Shown here: positions 48,244 through 61,714 of the stretch, piece after piece
How the letters are laid out: each line of letters begins with the position of its first letter
Numbering within the stretch: the first letter of the stretch is position 1
Program-made: the position numbers and the translations under genes
Source of the DNA: Mytilus edulis
Lineage: Eukaryota
Direction of reading: 5' to 3'
Length of the DNA stretch: 64,000 nt
Assembly (NCBI RefSeq): GCF_963676685.1
Contig: NC_092347.1
Location: 84,816,001 to 84,880,000 of the forward strand
The notes under the pieces: generated by a model
The model's database searches: none
What the model saw: the letters and a program-made list of their open reading frames with translations, nothing else
What the model was told of the DNA's origin: nothing

Positions 48244-50330
48244 ATTTAGATGTCTGTCACGCAGGATTTAAATAACCTTGACCTCAATTTCATGGTTCAT
48301 TGGTCAATGTTAAGTTTATGTGATACTTGTAGTAAAACCTTCGTATTACATACTTTCAGCATGAATCCAATAATAATTAAAACAGCATGTGCACTCTTGT
48401 TTCATTTTAGGTTCAGGTAAAAAAGCACAAATTTTTTATATTATAAACTTATATTTAATATTGTTTGTATTCTGCTAATCCTGTTATTTGTTGTGATTTG
48501 GTGTTTTAGACTTGTTTTTTTGTTGTTGAAAATAAACTATCTATAGAAAAACGTTCATGCAAACCTGCTAACTTTAATACCCATTGAAGGGGGATTTCCC
48601 AGATGAGAGTTTTTGACCAAAGTCCTTAGTTTTGATCTGAATAGCACAAGGAATACATTTAAAGGAGCTTAAAAGGGTATTTAACCACATATATACCCAT
48701 TAAAATAGTTCAGTTGATAGCACCTATGATATGTATACAAGATGCATTTTAAGGTTCTCATGTGCAAAAAATGCCCTTTTGAGATTTTAAGAAGCTGGCA
48801 GCAATGAGCATGTGTGTTTTGGCATTATTTGGTTTGTACTTTTAGATTGTCTCCTTGTTTAAAAAATTTCATAATTAATTCCCTTATATTTGTAAACTCA
48901 ATTATGCCCTTTATGTTACTTTTAATTGAATGTTGTATTAATTATTATTGAGAGATTAGACTTAAATAAAATATTGATTTGAATTGAAATGCCCTTCCAG
49001 CAAGAACCAGATATTTAGCATTGCAAGCTCCATGTCCACCCTTATTAATTTGATTCTACAGACAAATAATAAGATTACTAATATATACATGTATAATATA
49101 TAATTGAACTATTAAATACACATGTATACACAGAGAATTTAGATTGTTACTGGAAACTTTATTACTTTTTCACGTGGAAAGTGAATAACAGTTTATAATT
49201 TGATTTCTCTTTTTCGGAATTTTACTGAATTATTATGGAAAACACATTTTCATTAACCACATGTTGTTCTTCATGAAAATTAAGAAAAAAAAATTAACAA
49301 TTGTACACATGGTCTAGAAAGATCTTTTTGTTTGTTTTAAAGAGAGGATTAAACATTATTTTTGTGGCATGTGTTTCTGCTTTCCAAAACAATTATTTAA
49401 TGCTACATTTGAAATAAACATAAGTATGATGTCCAGTAATGACATCCTTTTTAAATGGTTTTCACTACAACAAAATGAAAGCCATCTAACTAGCAGCATG
49501 GTGATTTATTATGAAGACTTGCGATGTGCTCCTTGCCTAAAAACTTCACAGCAATTGGAAACTTTGTTGGCAATAAAGACATTTTCCCGCTGAGTTGAAG
49601 ACCCATTGGTTGCCTGTCAGCTGTTTTCTGCTCTTTAGTCGGGTTGTTGTTATTATTGTTGTTGACATATTCCCCATTTTCATTCTCAATGTAGATGTAC
49701 ATATAGATAAGAAATTATGATTTATTATTTTTCTAATGATTATGCTCCCTTAAACTTAGAAGATTGACCTAAATATACTACTGCATTCATTTGTTAGCCC
49801 AAATCATCTGAAACCAGAAACAAACAAAGATAAATGAAGCTTTGTAGTTAATGAGAACATGATTTTTAGATGTACTTATCCACAAGAATCATAATCAGTT
49901 TACTTTGTTAGGAATTAGGAGTCTTTGAACTTATGATTGTTTGCCCAGTGCCCAGCATGGGGTATGTCTGCATGCTCAGAAATGTTCTTTCATTATACCA
50001 TTACAGTAACTTGACTGTTAGTGTTGCTCTCTGACTATTGCAACTCATTCACAATTCTGACCAAATTGCAATTTATTATATAAAACCAAACTGTTCAACT
50101 GGTCAGAATTTTGAACAAACTGAAGAATCAGACATCATTTGAATTAAAACATCATATATTCGGTATTAAACATGTGTGAAATAACAATATATACATCTAT
50201 GTATCATACAAATAAGTACTAAGATGTGGTATTATTGCCAGTGACACAACTATCTATCAGAGTTCAAATGATATAATCATTGTTTGTAATTAAATATGTA
50301 TCAAAATTTTATGTATAGCTATAGTTCTAT

Positions 50331-51085
50331 TGGCAGCAGTCCTTTTGCGCCAATTACTGTTTTTCAGGGGTATCATTTGCGCCAAATTTTATTTTCAAAA
50401 TGTATCAATTGCGCCAATATTCAGAACTCATTTGCGCCAATTTACCTGTACATATATCTATCATGAATATTAATGATTACTATAGATGTATTCTTATTTT
50501 TGCCCCAAAAGGTATCACATGTTAGGAGATATTTCATCATAAAGATGAGTTTCTGAAGAGAATTAAATGACTTAAGCAGCATTAGACAGTCAATGTACAG
50601 AGAGAGAATAAAACTTATTGCTTTGCTTAACAAAGATATGCCAATATAGAAAATAGAAGTTTTTGCTCTTTATGTTTTAGCCACAAATGTTGATGACACA
50701 GAGCTTTGTTCCACCATGCGTATGGGCTTTATTATTATTATGAACTATTATTAACTATTTTATGGATTTCATCCTTCAATGTTTGTGTTTTTGGACAATA
50801 AAAAGAAGTTAAAAGCTACTACATACATTAAATTGGGAAGTACCCATGCAGCAGCAGTAATAAAAATATGTTTTAGAAAAGGAAACATGTGCCGTGTTAC
50901 ACTGCCGGTTCCAAGTCCGAATAAAGGAGAAAGGAAGTAATTTTCTTTAAACTGGCGCAATCGCATGTTTTATTTTTGGCGCAAATGAAACAATCTAATT
51001 TTAAAACATGTGGCGCAAACGTAGCATTTGAGAAAAAAAGTTGTGGCGAAAAAGGATGCATTTTTGGCGCAAACGGATCTCTCCC
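50331..51085 (-). mobile_element. Same MITE family (copy B), inverted relative to copy A
   Basis: Ends are reverse complements of copy A ends; TSD GTTCTAT/GTTCTAC; different interior. Confidence 0.8.
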
Positions 51086-51251
51086 GTTCTACTTTCCTCA
51101 TTTTTAAGGACTCCTTGTTTCCAAAACCACTTATGTTGGTAATCATTAAACATGTTGAATAAGATACAAAAAAAATATATATGTATTATATGTCATAAAC
51201 TATTCTATTTCATATACATTGTATTTCATGATGACTTTTTGTTTATATCAG

Positions 51252-51468
51252 AATTCCTGGTATAATGTCCATAAGCTGCATCTTCCTGACCATGATTATA
51301 CTAACAACGCAAATTCTTGGTACTCACAGAGTGATCCTGGTGTAAAGAATGGTGAAAGAAAAGATGGAATGGTTTCTGGTGGACTGGCCTACTACGACAA
51401 TGCTACATACAGTGGTCCACATACTAATAAAGGTTCCTTTGCTAGGGGCTCTGATGAGCACTCTGATG
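51252..51468 (+). CDS. Probable coding exon of unidentified gene (NSWYNVHKLHLPDHDY...GSDEHSD)
   Basis: tttatatcag| acceptor, ATG|gtgagt donor, 217-nt open frame with protein-like composition in AT-rich surroundings. Confidence 0.65.
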
Positions 51469-51890
51469 GTGAGTAAATTTAAAATTAATTGTAGAAACAA
51501 AAAGTTGATGAAGTGTGTACTCTTATGAAATCCTCTTGTAAAATGTGGATGGTTTGATCACTTTGATGATAACAGTACACACGAACCAATCAGTTTGTTT
51601 GGAAATAACTGATGTTTCAGTCAAGAAGAATAGAAAGTTAGTCCAAAGTCCATCCATCTCTGTCATGTCTTTTCCTCAGAATTAGATTTATTTTGAATGT
51701 TTTCATAGTTTCCATGACTAAAGTTTTCAACATCACTTCGTATTGATGAAAGAAGGAAGTGAAATCTATTATTGATAGTTATGAATGTAATCCCAAATTT
51801 TAGGGAGTTTCAGTCATAATTATTTATGAAATTTGACCAATTCACATAAAATTTTGATGAATTTGGTTAATGGACATTCTTTATAATATA

Positions 51891-52100
51891 TACTGTAAAT
51901 TCAGAAATTATTGCGTGCATTTGTTATTGCGATTTTGTCATTTTAGACCAAAATGCGATTTTAATTTTTGCATTATTGAGAAAAATTCTGTTTAATTCAT
52001 GTAAAAAATATCTAAATATGATTTTAAATTATTGCGATTATAACCCTGTCACATTTTTCGCAATGATAAAAACATTGCAATAATTTCTGAAATTACAGTA
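51891..52100. mobile_element. Short TA-flanked MITE (Tc1/mariner-like)
   Basis: TACTGTAAATTCAGAAATTATTGC ... GCAATAATTTCTGAAATTACAGTA. Confidence 0.8.
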
Positions 52101-53214
52101 ATAAATGAAAAATAAATAAATAAATAAAACAAATAAATAAATTTCTAAAAACATAGAATTAATAAATAAACTACAATGAACTCTTTTCATTTACATATAA
52201 TTTTATAGCATGTTTTGGTCAGTGATTCTCTAATATCAATTATTAAAATCTTGAATGTGTTACCAGACTGCCTTAATTTCACTTAAACATGGTAAATTGA
52301 AAATATTTCCTTGTTATATTGATCAGATAGTCATATCTTGACATGGAATTTACAAAAGGAGTGTATAAAATGGGATTTTACAGTTTGTAAAGATTTACGT
52401 CGTTTTATTTTTTAGAGGGCAACAGTGTACTTGTATTACTCTTGTCAGATACATATCACAAAAGTTCATTGACTGTGATACATAAAAATCATGTAATAAA
52501 TATTGGCCTTTAAAATGCGTTAAGAAGTCAAGATTGAAAGAAAATGAATAATACTGTGTAACTCAGTTGGAATTTCATTGAACTTCTTAAAAATAAAGAG
52601 ACATTGGTGTTTGTAGTCCTTTATATGTATTTTGTATTCATTGATAAAAGTTGTAGTTAAAACATAATTTTTTAAAAACTGTTTTGATTTCCTGTTTCAA
52701 AGGGGGCTGTATTATAGTGATTTATAATAAGTCATCATGTTTGTCTGTCTATATATATTATAGATCCCTGCATTCCGTTAATCTTTTTTATTTGTTAGTA
52801 TTTAAACCAACGTAGTAGAATTGAACCTTATCATTGTGCTTAAGGACAAAAGCTGTGTACATTGTAACTTAATATGTTTTTAATGTCAGTTTCATGACTA
52901 TATATTTCAAAACTATGAAATCAATATTATGAAAATAATAAGGGATAAAGGTTTGGCCCATATCATTAGTGTTACCACAAATTACGCATTAAATTGAGGA
53001 AATGAAGTTCTTCCTTAAAAATACTTTTACTACGTAATCACAAAGATTTTTTGGTTTTCATTTGTGGAATGTTTGATTACAGAACTTTTCCTTTTTAAAA
53101 ATCAATTATCTATACAATATCCTTTTAGTAGAAACAATTTCATATTGACCACTTAAAACATTTTTTGTCACACCTGGTCAAAATAGGTAGAAGCAAGACT
53201 TGTCAGTTTATGAT

Positions 53215-53857
53215 GTCAACCCATTAACAGTTGTTAAAGGTTGTGATAAGGTAGTGAGACATGCCTCTGTGTTAACACATTAACAGTTGTTAAAGGTTGT
53301 GATAAGGTAGTGAGACATATCTCTGTGTCAACACATTAACAGTTGTTAAAGATTAATTTTGTTATAAGGTAGTGAGACATGCCTCTGTGTTAACACATTA
53401 ACAGTTGTTAAAGGTTGTAGTAAGGTAGTGAGACATGCCTCTGTGTCAACACATTAACAGTTGTAAAAGATTAATTTTGTTATAAGGTAGTGAGACATGC
53501 CTCTGTGTTAACACATTAACAGTTGTTAAAGGTTGTAGTAAGGTAGTAAGACATGCCTCTGTGTCAACACATTAACAGTTGTTAAAGGTTGTGATAAGTT
53601 AGTGAGACATGCCTCTGTGTTAACAGATTAACAGTTGTTAAAGGTTGTGATAAGGTAGTGAGACATGCCTCTGTGTTAACACATTAACTGTTGTTAAAGA
53701 TTAATTTTGTTATAAGGTAGTGAGACATGCCTCTGTGTTAACACATTAACAGTTGTTAAAGGTTGTAGTAAGGTAGTGAGACATGCCTCTGTGTTTACAC
53801 ATTAACAGTTGTTAAAGGTTGTAGTAAGGTAGTGAGACATGCCTCTGTGTTAACAGT
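53215..53857. repeat. 56/62-bp minisatellite, ~11 copies
   Basis: CATTAACAGTTGTTAAAGGTTGTGATAAGGTAGTGAGACATGCCTCTGTGTTAACA with a 6-bp longer variant interspersed. Confidence 0.95.
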
Positions 53858-55457
53858 TTTTGATTCAGCCATGCTGGAGATGGTACAGATTTCTAAATTG
53901 AAGACATATCATGAAACTAAATATGTATTTATACTAATTGGCTATTTGCAGACACTTCATACACAATTTGATCATTTACTGTCCACTTTTGATATGCTTT
54001 TTTGCTAATTTGGTTAGACCTTTCTGTCAACAGAATATTTGGCAAAGCCTTTTCTGTAAACAGGATATTTGGTCAGGCCTTTTCTGTAAATTTGATATTT
54101 GGTCAGGCCTTTTCTGTAAATTTGATATTTGGTCAGGCCTTTTCTGTAAATAGGATATTTGGTCAGGCCTTTTCTGTAAAAAGGATATTTGGTCAGACCT
54201 TTTCTGAAAACAGGATATTTGGTAAGGCCATTTCTGTGAACAGGATATTTGGTCATGCTTTTTATGAACAGGATATTTTGTCTGTTTGGTCTTCTCACTC
54301 TATGAACAGGATATATATTTTAAAATTAAGAATGAAAATGGGGAATGTGTCAAAGAGACAACAACCTGACCATAGAACAAAAAAGGATATTTGGTCAGCC
54401 TTTTAGTGTTGCCTTTTCTGTAAACGGGATATTTGGTCATGCTTTTTATGAACAGGATATTTTGTCTGTTTGGTCTTCTCACTCTATGAACAGGATATTT
54501 TGTCTGTTTGGTCCTCTCTCTCTCTCTCTCTCTCTGTGGACAGGATATTTTGTCTGTTTGGTCTTGTCTCTCTGTGAACAGGATATTTCTCTGTTTGGTC
54601 TTCTTTCTCTGTGAACAAGATATTTTGTCTGTTTGGTCTTCTCTCTCCGTGAACAGGATATTTTGTCCGTTTGGTCTTCTCACTCTATGAACAGGATATT
54701 TTGTCTGTTTGGTCCTCTCTCTCTGTGAATAGGATATTTTGGCTGTTTGGTCTTCTCTCTCCGTGAACAGAATATTTTGTCTGTTTGGTCTTCTCTCTCT
54801 CTGTGAACAGGATATTTTGTCTGTTTGGTCTTCTCTCTCTGTGAACAGGATATTTTAAAATTGAGAATGAAAATGGGGAATGTGTCAAAGAGACAACAAC
54901 CTGACCATAGAACAAAAAAGGATATTTGGTCAGCCTTTTAGTGTTGCCTTTTCTGTAAACAGGATATTTGGTCATGCTTTTTATGAACAGGATATTTTGT
55001 CTGTTTGGTCTTCTCACTCTATGAACAAGATATTTTAAAATTGAGAATGAAAATGGGGAATGTGTCAAAGAGACAACAACCTGACCATAGAACAAAAAAG
55101 GATATTTGGTCAGCCTTTTAGTGTTGCCTTTTCTGTAAACGGGATATTTGGTCATGCTTTTTATGAACAGGATATTTTGTCTGTTTGGTTCTCTCTCTGT
55201 GAACAGGATATTTTGTCTCTGGTTTTCTCTCTCTGTGAACAGGATATTTTGTCTCTGGTTTTCTCTCTCTGTGAACAGGATATTTTGTTTGTTTGATCTT
55301 CTTTCTGTGAACAGGCTATTTTGTCTCTGGTTTTCTCTCTCTGTGAACAGGATATTTTGTCTGTTTGGTTTTCTCTCTCTGTGAATAGGATATTTTGTCT
55401 GTTTGGTTCTCTCTCTGTGAACAGGATATTTTGTCTCTGGTTTTCTCTCTCTGTGAA

Positions 55458-56534
55458 CAGTGTTCTAGGATTCCCATTACCCGTTACCCGGGGTAAGTGG
55501 ATTAGGACAACGGGTAAGTCATTTTTTAGCCTTTGTCACCCGGTGGTAAGTCAATTTTCAAGTTCGGGGAAGCCGAAAAACTCTTGAAATTTCCCGATCC
55601 TCTTCAATTTTCCCATATCTGCTTTTTATTTTTATTAAATCACGAGAAAAAACTTTGAAAAAAAGATCGAACATTTTGTCGATGTCTATCGGCGCTTTTA
55701 TTCAAGCACTCGTTTACTAGGTGTAATCAAGCGCAAAAGAGACCACATTCTTCTCCTATCATTCTAAAAGTCGGTCACGGTGTCGGTAAAATCGGAAAAT
55801 CCGGATTGATAACTGGTGGTTAAATCGGGACATAAACGATTTTTTTTCTTGTCATCGGAGGAAAATAAACTTACAGTTGCATTTATTATAGCTCTTAATA
55901 AATGACATAGTAATAACTATAACATATTTGTCAAATTTAGTAAGAAATCGTTTTTTTTAAATTTTGTACAAAATTCAATCGTATCCGAATCCAGCTTTGT
56001 TCAGACAAACTTCACAACATATAATTTAAAGCATGTCATAAAAGTTTTTAAATTTAAAATCTTATCCTTAATCATTAATGTTCAGTGAATCAGCCTGAAA
56101 AATATTCAGTATTTTATAAAGAGCATGTCTGATTTTTAAAAAGAGTTGCATGTAAGTCCCTTATTTTTTTTACAGTGGATTATTGGTATGAAAGTCAGTG
56201 AAGTACTGTTATAGTTCAATGTACTTTTCTGGTGGTATAGGTATATAGTTACAATTAAGCCGTTACAATTAAGCCATATATTTCAAATACTTTTCAATAC
56301 ACTTTAGTCATCATTGCTTCATACAAAACATCATTTGACATCACAAAAAAGGGTACTTTCTGAAGCATGAAAAAGGTGCCAGGAAATGGCTAGAATGCAG
56401 GATTTTGCATCATTTACCCCAGACCCCCGGCGTCCGCATTGGTTGGCGGATTTAACTTTTAGATGTGGGTAAGTAATTTTTTTATTGATCTTACCCGTGG
56501 TAAGTCAAGGTGCCAAAAAAATCCTAGAACACTG
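55458..56534. mobile_element. hAT-like MITE inserted in the satellite
   Basis: TIR CAGTGTTCTAGGAT/ATCCTAGAACACTG; flanking duplication TGTGAA (6 bp); GGTAAG subterminal motifs. Confidence 0.85.
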
Positions 56535-57806
56535 TGTGAACAGGATATTTTGTTTGTTTGATCTTCTTTCTGTGAACAGGATATTTTGTCTCTGGTTTTC
56601 TCTCTCTGTGAACAGGATATTTTGTCTGTTTGGTCTTCTCTCTTTCTGTGAACAGGATATTTTGTTTGTTTGATCTTCTTTCTGTGAACAGGATATTTTG
56701 TCTGTTTGGTCTTCTCTCTCTGTGAACAGGATATTTTGTCTGTTTGGTCTTCTCTCTCTGTGAACAGGATATTTGTCTGTTTGATCTTCTTTCTGTGAAC
56801 AGGATATTTTGTCTGTTTGGTATTCTTTCTGTGAACAGGATATTTTGTCTGTTTGGTCTTCTCTCTCTGTGAACAGGATATTTTGTCTGGTCTTCTCTCT
56901 CTGTGAACAGGATATTTTGTCTGTTTGATCTTCTTTCTGTGAACAGGATATTTTGTCTGGTCTTCTCTCTCTGTGAACAGGATATTTGTCTGTTTGGTCT
57001 TCTCTCTCTGTGAACAGGATATATTTTAAAATTGAGAATGAAAATGGGGAATGTGTCAAAGAGACAACAACCTGACCATAGAACAAAAAAGGATACTTGG
57101 TCAGCCTTTTAGTGTTGCCTTTTCTGTAAACAGGATATTTGGTCATGCTTTTTAAGAACAGGATATTTTGTCTGTTTGGTCTTCTCACTCTATGAACAGG
57201 ATATTTTAAAATTGAGAATGAAAATGGGGAATGTGTCAAAGAGACAACAACCTGACCATAGAACAAAAAAGGATATTTGGTCAGCCTTTTAGTGTTGCCT
57301 TTTCTGTAAAAGGGATATTTGGTCATGCTTTTTATGAACAGGATATTTTGTCTGTTTGGTCTTCTCACTCTATGAAGAGGATATTTTGTCTGTTTGGTCC
57401 TCTCTCTCTCTGTGTGGACAGGATATTTTGTCTGTTCGGTCTTGTCTCTCTGTGAACAGGATATTTCTCTGTTTGGTCTTCTTTCTCTGTGAACAAGATA
57501 TTTTGTCTGTTTGGTCTTCTCTCTCCGTGAACAGGATATTTTGTCCGTTTGGTCTTCTCACTCTATGAACAGGATATTTTGTCTGTTTGGTCCTCTCTCT
57601 CTGTGAATAGGATATTTTGGCTGTTTGGTCTTCTCTCTCCGTGAACAGGATATTTTGTCTGTTTGGTCTTCTCTCTCTCTGTGAACAGGATGTTTTGTCT
57701 GTTTGGTCTTCTCTCTCTGTGAATAGAATATTTTGTCTGTTTGGTTCTCTCTCTCTGTGAACAGGAAATTTTGTCTGTTTGGTGTTGTCTCTTTATGAAT
57801 AGGATA

Positions 57807-58131
57807 TTTTTATGCCCCACCTACAATAGTAGAGGGGCATTACGTTTTCTGGTCTGTATGTCTGTTCGTCTGTCCATCCGTCTGTCTGTCTGTTCATTCG
57901 TCCATGCATCCGTTCGTCCCACTTCAGGTTAAAGTTTTTGGTCAAGGTAGTTTTTGGTGAAGTTGAAGTCCAATCAACTTGAAACGTAGTACACATGTTC
58001 CTTATGATATTATCTTACTAATTGTAATGCAAAAATAAGAGTTTTGACCCCAATTTCACAGTCCACTGAACATAGAAAATGATAGTGTGAGTGGGGCATC
58101 TGTGTAAGTAACTGGGGACAAATTCTTGTTT
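57807..58131 (+). mobile_element. Short HINE inserted in the satellite
   Basis: TTTTTATGCCCCAC...GTGGGGCAT subterminal IR, (GTCY)n tract, inserted in a T-run. Confidence 0.75.
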
Positions 58132-61100
58132 CTCTTTGGTTTTCTCTCTGTGAACAGGATTTTTTGTCTGTTTGGTTTTCTCTCTCTGTGAACAGGATTT
58201 TTTGTCTGTTTGGTTTTTCTCTCTCTGTGAACAGGATTTTTTGTCTGTTTGGTTTTCTCTCTCTGTGAACAGGATTTTTTGTCTCTTTGCTTTTCTCTCT
58301 CTGTGAACAGGATATTTTGTCTCTTTGGTTTTCTCTCTCTGTGAACAGGATATTTTGTCTCTGGTTTTCTCTCTGTGTGAACAGGATATTTTGTCTGTTT
58401 CGTCTTCTCACTCTGTGAACAGGATATTTTGTCTGTTTGGTTTTCTCACTCTGTGAACAGGATATTTTGTCTCTTTGGTTTTCTCTCTCTGTGAACAGGA
58501 TATTTTGTCTGTTTGGTCTTCTCTCTTTCTGTGAACTGGATATTTTGTTTGTTTGATCTTCTTTCTGTGAACAGAATATTTTGTCTCTTTGGTTTTCTCT
58601 CTCTGTGAACAGGATATTTTGTCTGGTTGGTCTTCTCTCTTTCTGTGAACAGGATATTTTGTCTGTTTGATCTTCTCTCTCTGTGAACAGGATTTTTTGT
58701 CTTTTTGGTTTTCTCTCTCTGTGAACAGGATTTTTTGTCTGTTTGGTTTTCTCTCTCTGTGAACAGGATATTTTGTCTGTTTGATCTTCTCTTTCTGTGA
58801 ACAGGATATTTTGTGTTTGGTCTTCTCTCTCTGTGAACAGGATATTTTGTCTGTTTGGTCTTGTCTCTCTGTGAACAGGATATTTCTCTGTTGGTCTTCT
58901 CTTTCTGTGAACAGGATATTTTGTCTGTTTGGTCTTGTCTCTCTGTGAACAGGATATTTCTCTGTTGGTCTTCTCTTTCTGTGAACAGGATATTTTGTCT
59001 GTTTGGTCTTCTCTCTCTTTCTGTGAACAGGATATTTTGTCTGTTTGGTTCTCTCTCTCTCTCTGAACAGGATATTTTGTATGTTTGGTCTTCTCTCTCT
59101 CTGTGAATAGGATATTTTGTCTGTTTGGTCCTCTCTCTCTCTGAACAGGATATTTTGTCTGCTTGGTCTTGTCTCTCTGTGAACAGGATATTTCTCTGTT
59201 GGTCTTCTCTTTCTGTGAACAGGATATTTTGTCTGTTTGGTCTTCTCTCTCTGTGAACAGGATATTTTGTCTGTTTGGTCCTCTCTCTCTCTGAACAGGA
59301 TATATTGTCTGTTTGATCTTTTCTCTCTGTGAACAGGATATTTCATTCCTTCATCTTCACTTCTTGAGAATATGATATTTGTCTGTTTGGTCTTCTCTCT
59401 CTGTGAACATGATACTTTTACTAATCCAAATCAATTATTTATGTGTTTACTAATTGTATTAATAACTCATTCAGAAATGAATAATAATAAAAGCTGGAGG
59501 ATATTTGAATTATTAATATTTATTTATTTCGATCAGATTTGTAAACAAAACTCTTTCCTTTTTTTATACCATTGTATATGTTTTGTCCTTGTAATGATAG
59601 ATATCTCTTTAGTATGTTTGATGTGAACAGATTTAATGTACCATATACCATTCAAGCAGACTATAATGGCAGGATAGATATAAAAATGTAAAAGATTGTT
59701 GTAAGTTAGAACCCAAAGTGTCTAGGGATTGTGACAAGAAACAATAAAATTCAGGTTAATTCAGCATTTTGTTTTAATTTCAACTAAATATTGTGGTCAA
59801 GGTTGAAATCTTGTTTAGTACCAAAATTAAACTGTTTATGTGCAATGTACAACCGGTAAAACTATATATTGTGAAAAAAACTGCTGTATACATGTTTCGG
59901 TTGAGAGAAAAACAAATCAGAAGGAGACTTCAACAACATTATCACCCAAAAAATCCTTTGGTGAATAAATAGGTGAAAATATATCTATTACATATATGAA
60001 ATTAAATATACCTACCCATACACTGTAGTGAAGGTACATTTGGGGTGTATTTTACCCATCTATTTGTTTTTAATGGTCAAGTGCACTTATTCATATGATA
60101 ACACTCCATGATAACACTTCATTTTGAATCAAAAAGTTAATACATTTGTAGTTAATGCTCCTCTCTGAGATCAGGAAATGCTGGGATTGGTTTTCTCTAA
60201 ACTGTGTTCTTGTTTGTAATAGTGAAAGTAAGCTTACCGTTCAAATTTTTACCCTCCTATTTATTGCAATTATTACACTTTTGCAATCTTTGATTTCTTT
60301 GAAAGTGGCACATCATGTTGTTTTAGTGAAATAATTTATGAATCTTTAAACAAGTGCTTTCAAATTTTCCTTTATTGTTACTGATGACAAAAATGAGGTC
60401 CAAGTTTGATAGTGAGGATTTTCACTTTTGCTGTTCAGAAGTTATGGTCCTAAATTTATTAGAATTTGGTACTTTTAGGAGTTTCCATGCAACAACTTGA
60501 CAATTGTTGTATTAATTCTTTTCAAATGTTTATATGTTGTTACTGATGATCTAAAATCTAGTTCAATATTTGTGGTTTTCACCATTGCTGTTCAGAGGTT
60601 AATGGTCTTTTTTGATTGGAAAATGGATTTTTATGGCATTTCCATCCTGTTTTAGTTGAAAGCATTCTAATTATCATTTTCAAATATTGATATGTTACTG
60701 ATGACAAAATGAAGATCTAGCATAATATTGTAATCAAAAACACTAGTTGCCATCATTTTGACGGCCTGTTTTCGTTGTTGTGTGATTGGTCAAATTGTAG
60801 TCTAATTCCATTTCAAATTTATTTTCAATATGTAGCACTGTCAAATTGAGTATTCTTAGGTCCATTTTCTTAAAAATTTACACTTTTGTTGTGATTGGAG
60901 AATGTAAGGTACCTTAGATTTTAAAATTTTGTAGGTACTGTCGGTACATGTACTTACTTAGTTTCCAGAGTAACTGGATTCTAACTATTAAATTTAAGCA
61001 ATTAGCTGTACACCTTAACATGTGTTTTTGGAAGCTTTTATGCATGACCACTTTACTGACTTCTGATTTAATTATACTACAATTCCCATTTTATTCTGAT

Positions 61101-61714
61101 CAAAATTTTATAAGGGTAGAAGTCTAAAGCAAAAAATGTTATACTAGACATGTGTTGTTGGAAGTTTTTATGCATGGCCACATTACTGACTTCTGATTTA
61201 ATTATACTACAATTTTCCAGTTTATTCTGATGATCACTTTGAAAGCATAGAAGTCTAAAACAAAAAAATGTTATTCTAGATATTCTTTATAAAAATCCAA
61301 AGCCTCCAGGTTCATTCACATATGAACTTAATAATTATGTAAGTTACAAGGCTCTATACTGCATACCATAAAAACAAATTCATTCTGCATTTTCACATCA
61401 ATCCTATTTTAAATATTCATAGGACTTTAAATAAAAACTTATCATGGTTCGTGAAGTTCAAATGTAGCTATAATTACAATGTGAATTGACATTGCTCCAT
61501 CCATGCAAAACTGCTATACCTAATTTAATTCTTGTATAAAAAATACTGCTATATAACTTGTTTATTGTATATTTAAACTTGGGTGTGTGGATATAAAACT
61601 TAAGTCTATAATTTAGAGGAAGATCCCCGATTGTAGTGAATTAAGATAGGATTTACATTAGTGTTAACAATTGGGATATAAAAAGCATGTTTAATTTAAT
61701 GGATACTGCATAAA

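Larger units (their letters stand above)
46760..48400. repeat. Diverged ~120-bp tandem repeat (TGACCTTGACCTCATTTTCATGG), probably HINE-derived, split by a MITE
   Basis: Motif recurs near 46825, 46960, 47110, 47252, 48275. Confidence 0.6.
54010..59410. repeat. Complex 30-38-bp satellite (TGAACAGGATATTTTGTCTGTTTGGTCTTCTCTCTC) with higher-order units and two insertions
   Basis: Direct inspection; all ORFs here are repeat translations. Confidence 0.95.

Noticed and set aside
51450-51470. CTGATGAG as a hammerhead core
   Set aside because: No stem II or GAAA follows; it is coding sequence at an exon end.
53938-59346. Long ORFs (up to 312 aa) on both strands
   Set aside because: They are translations of the satellite in shifting frames, with no gene structure.
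60340-61280. Diverged ~165-bp and ~128-bp local duplications (also 26287-26830, 35297-35737)
   Set aside because: Old, ordinary tandem duplications with no further structure I could support.
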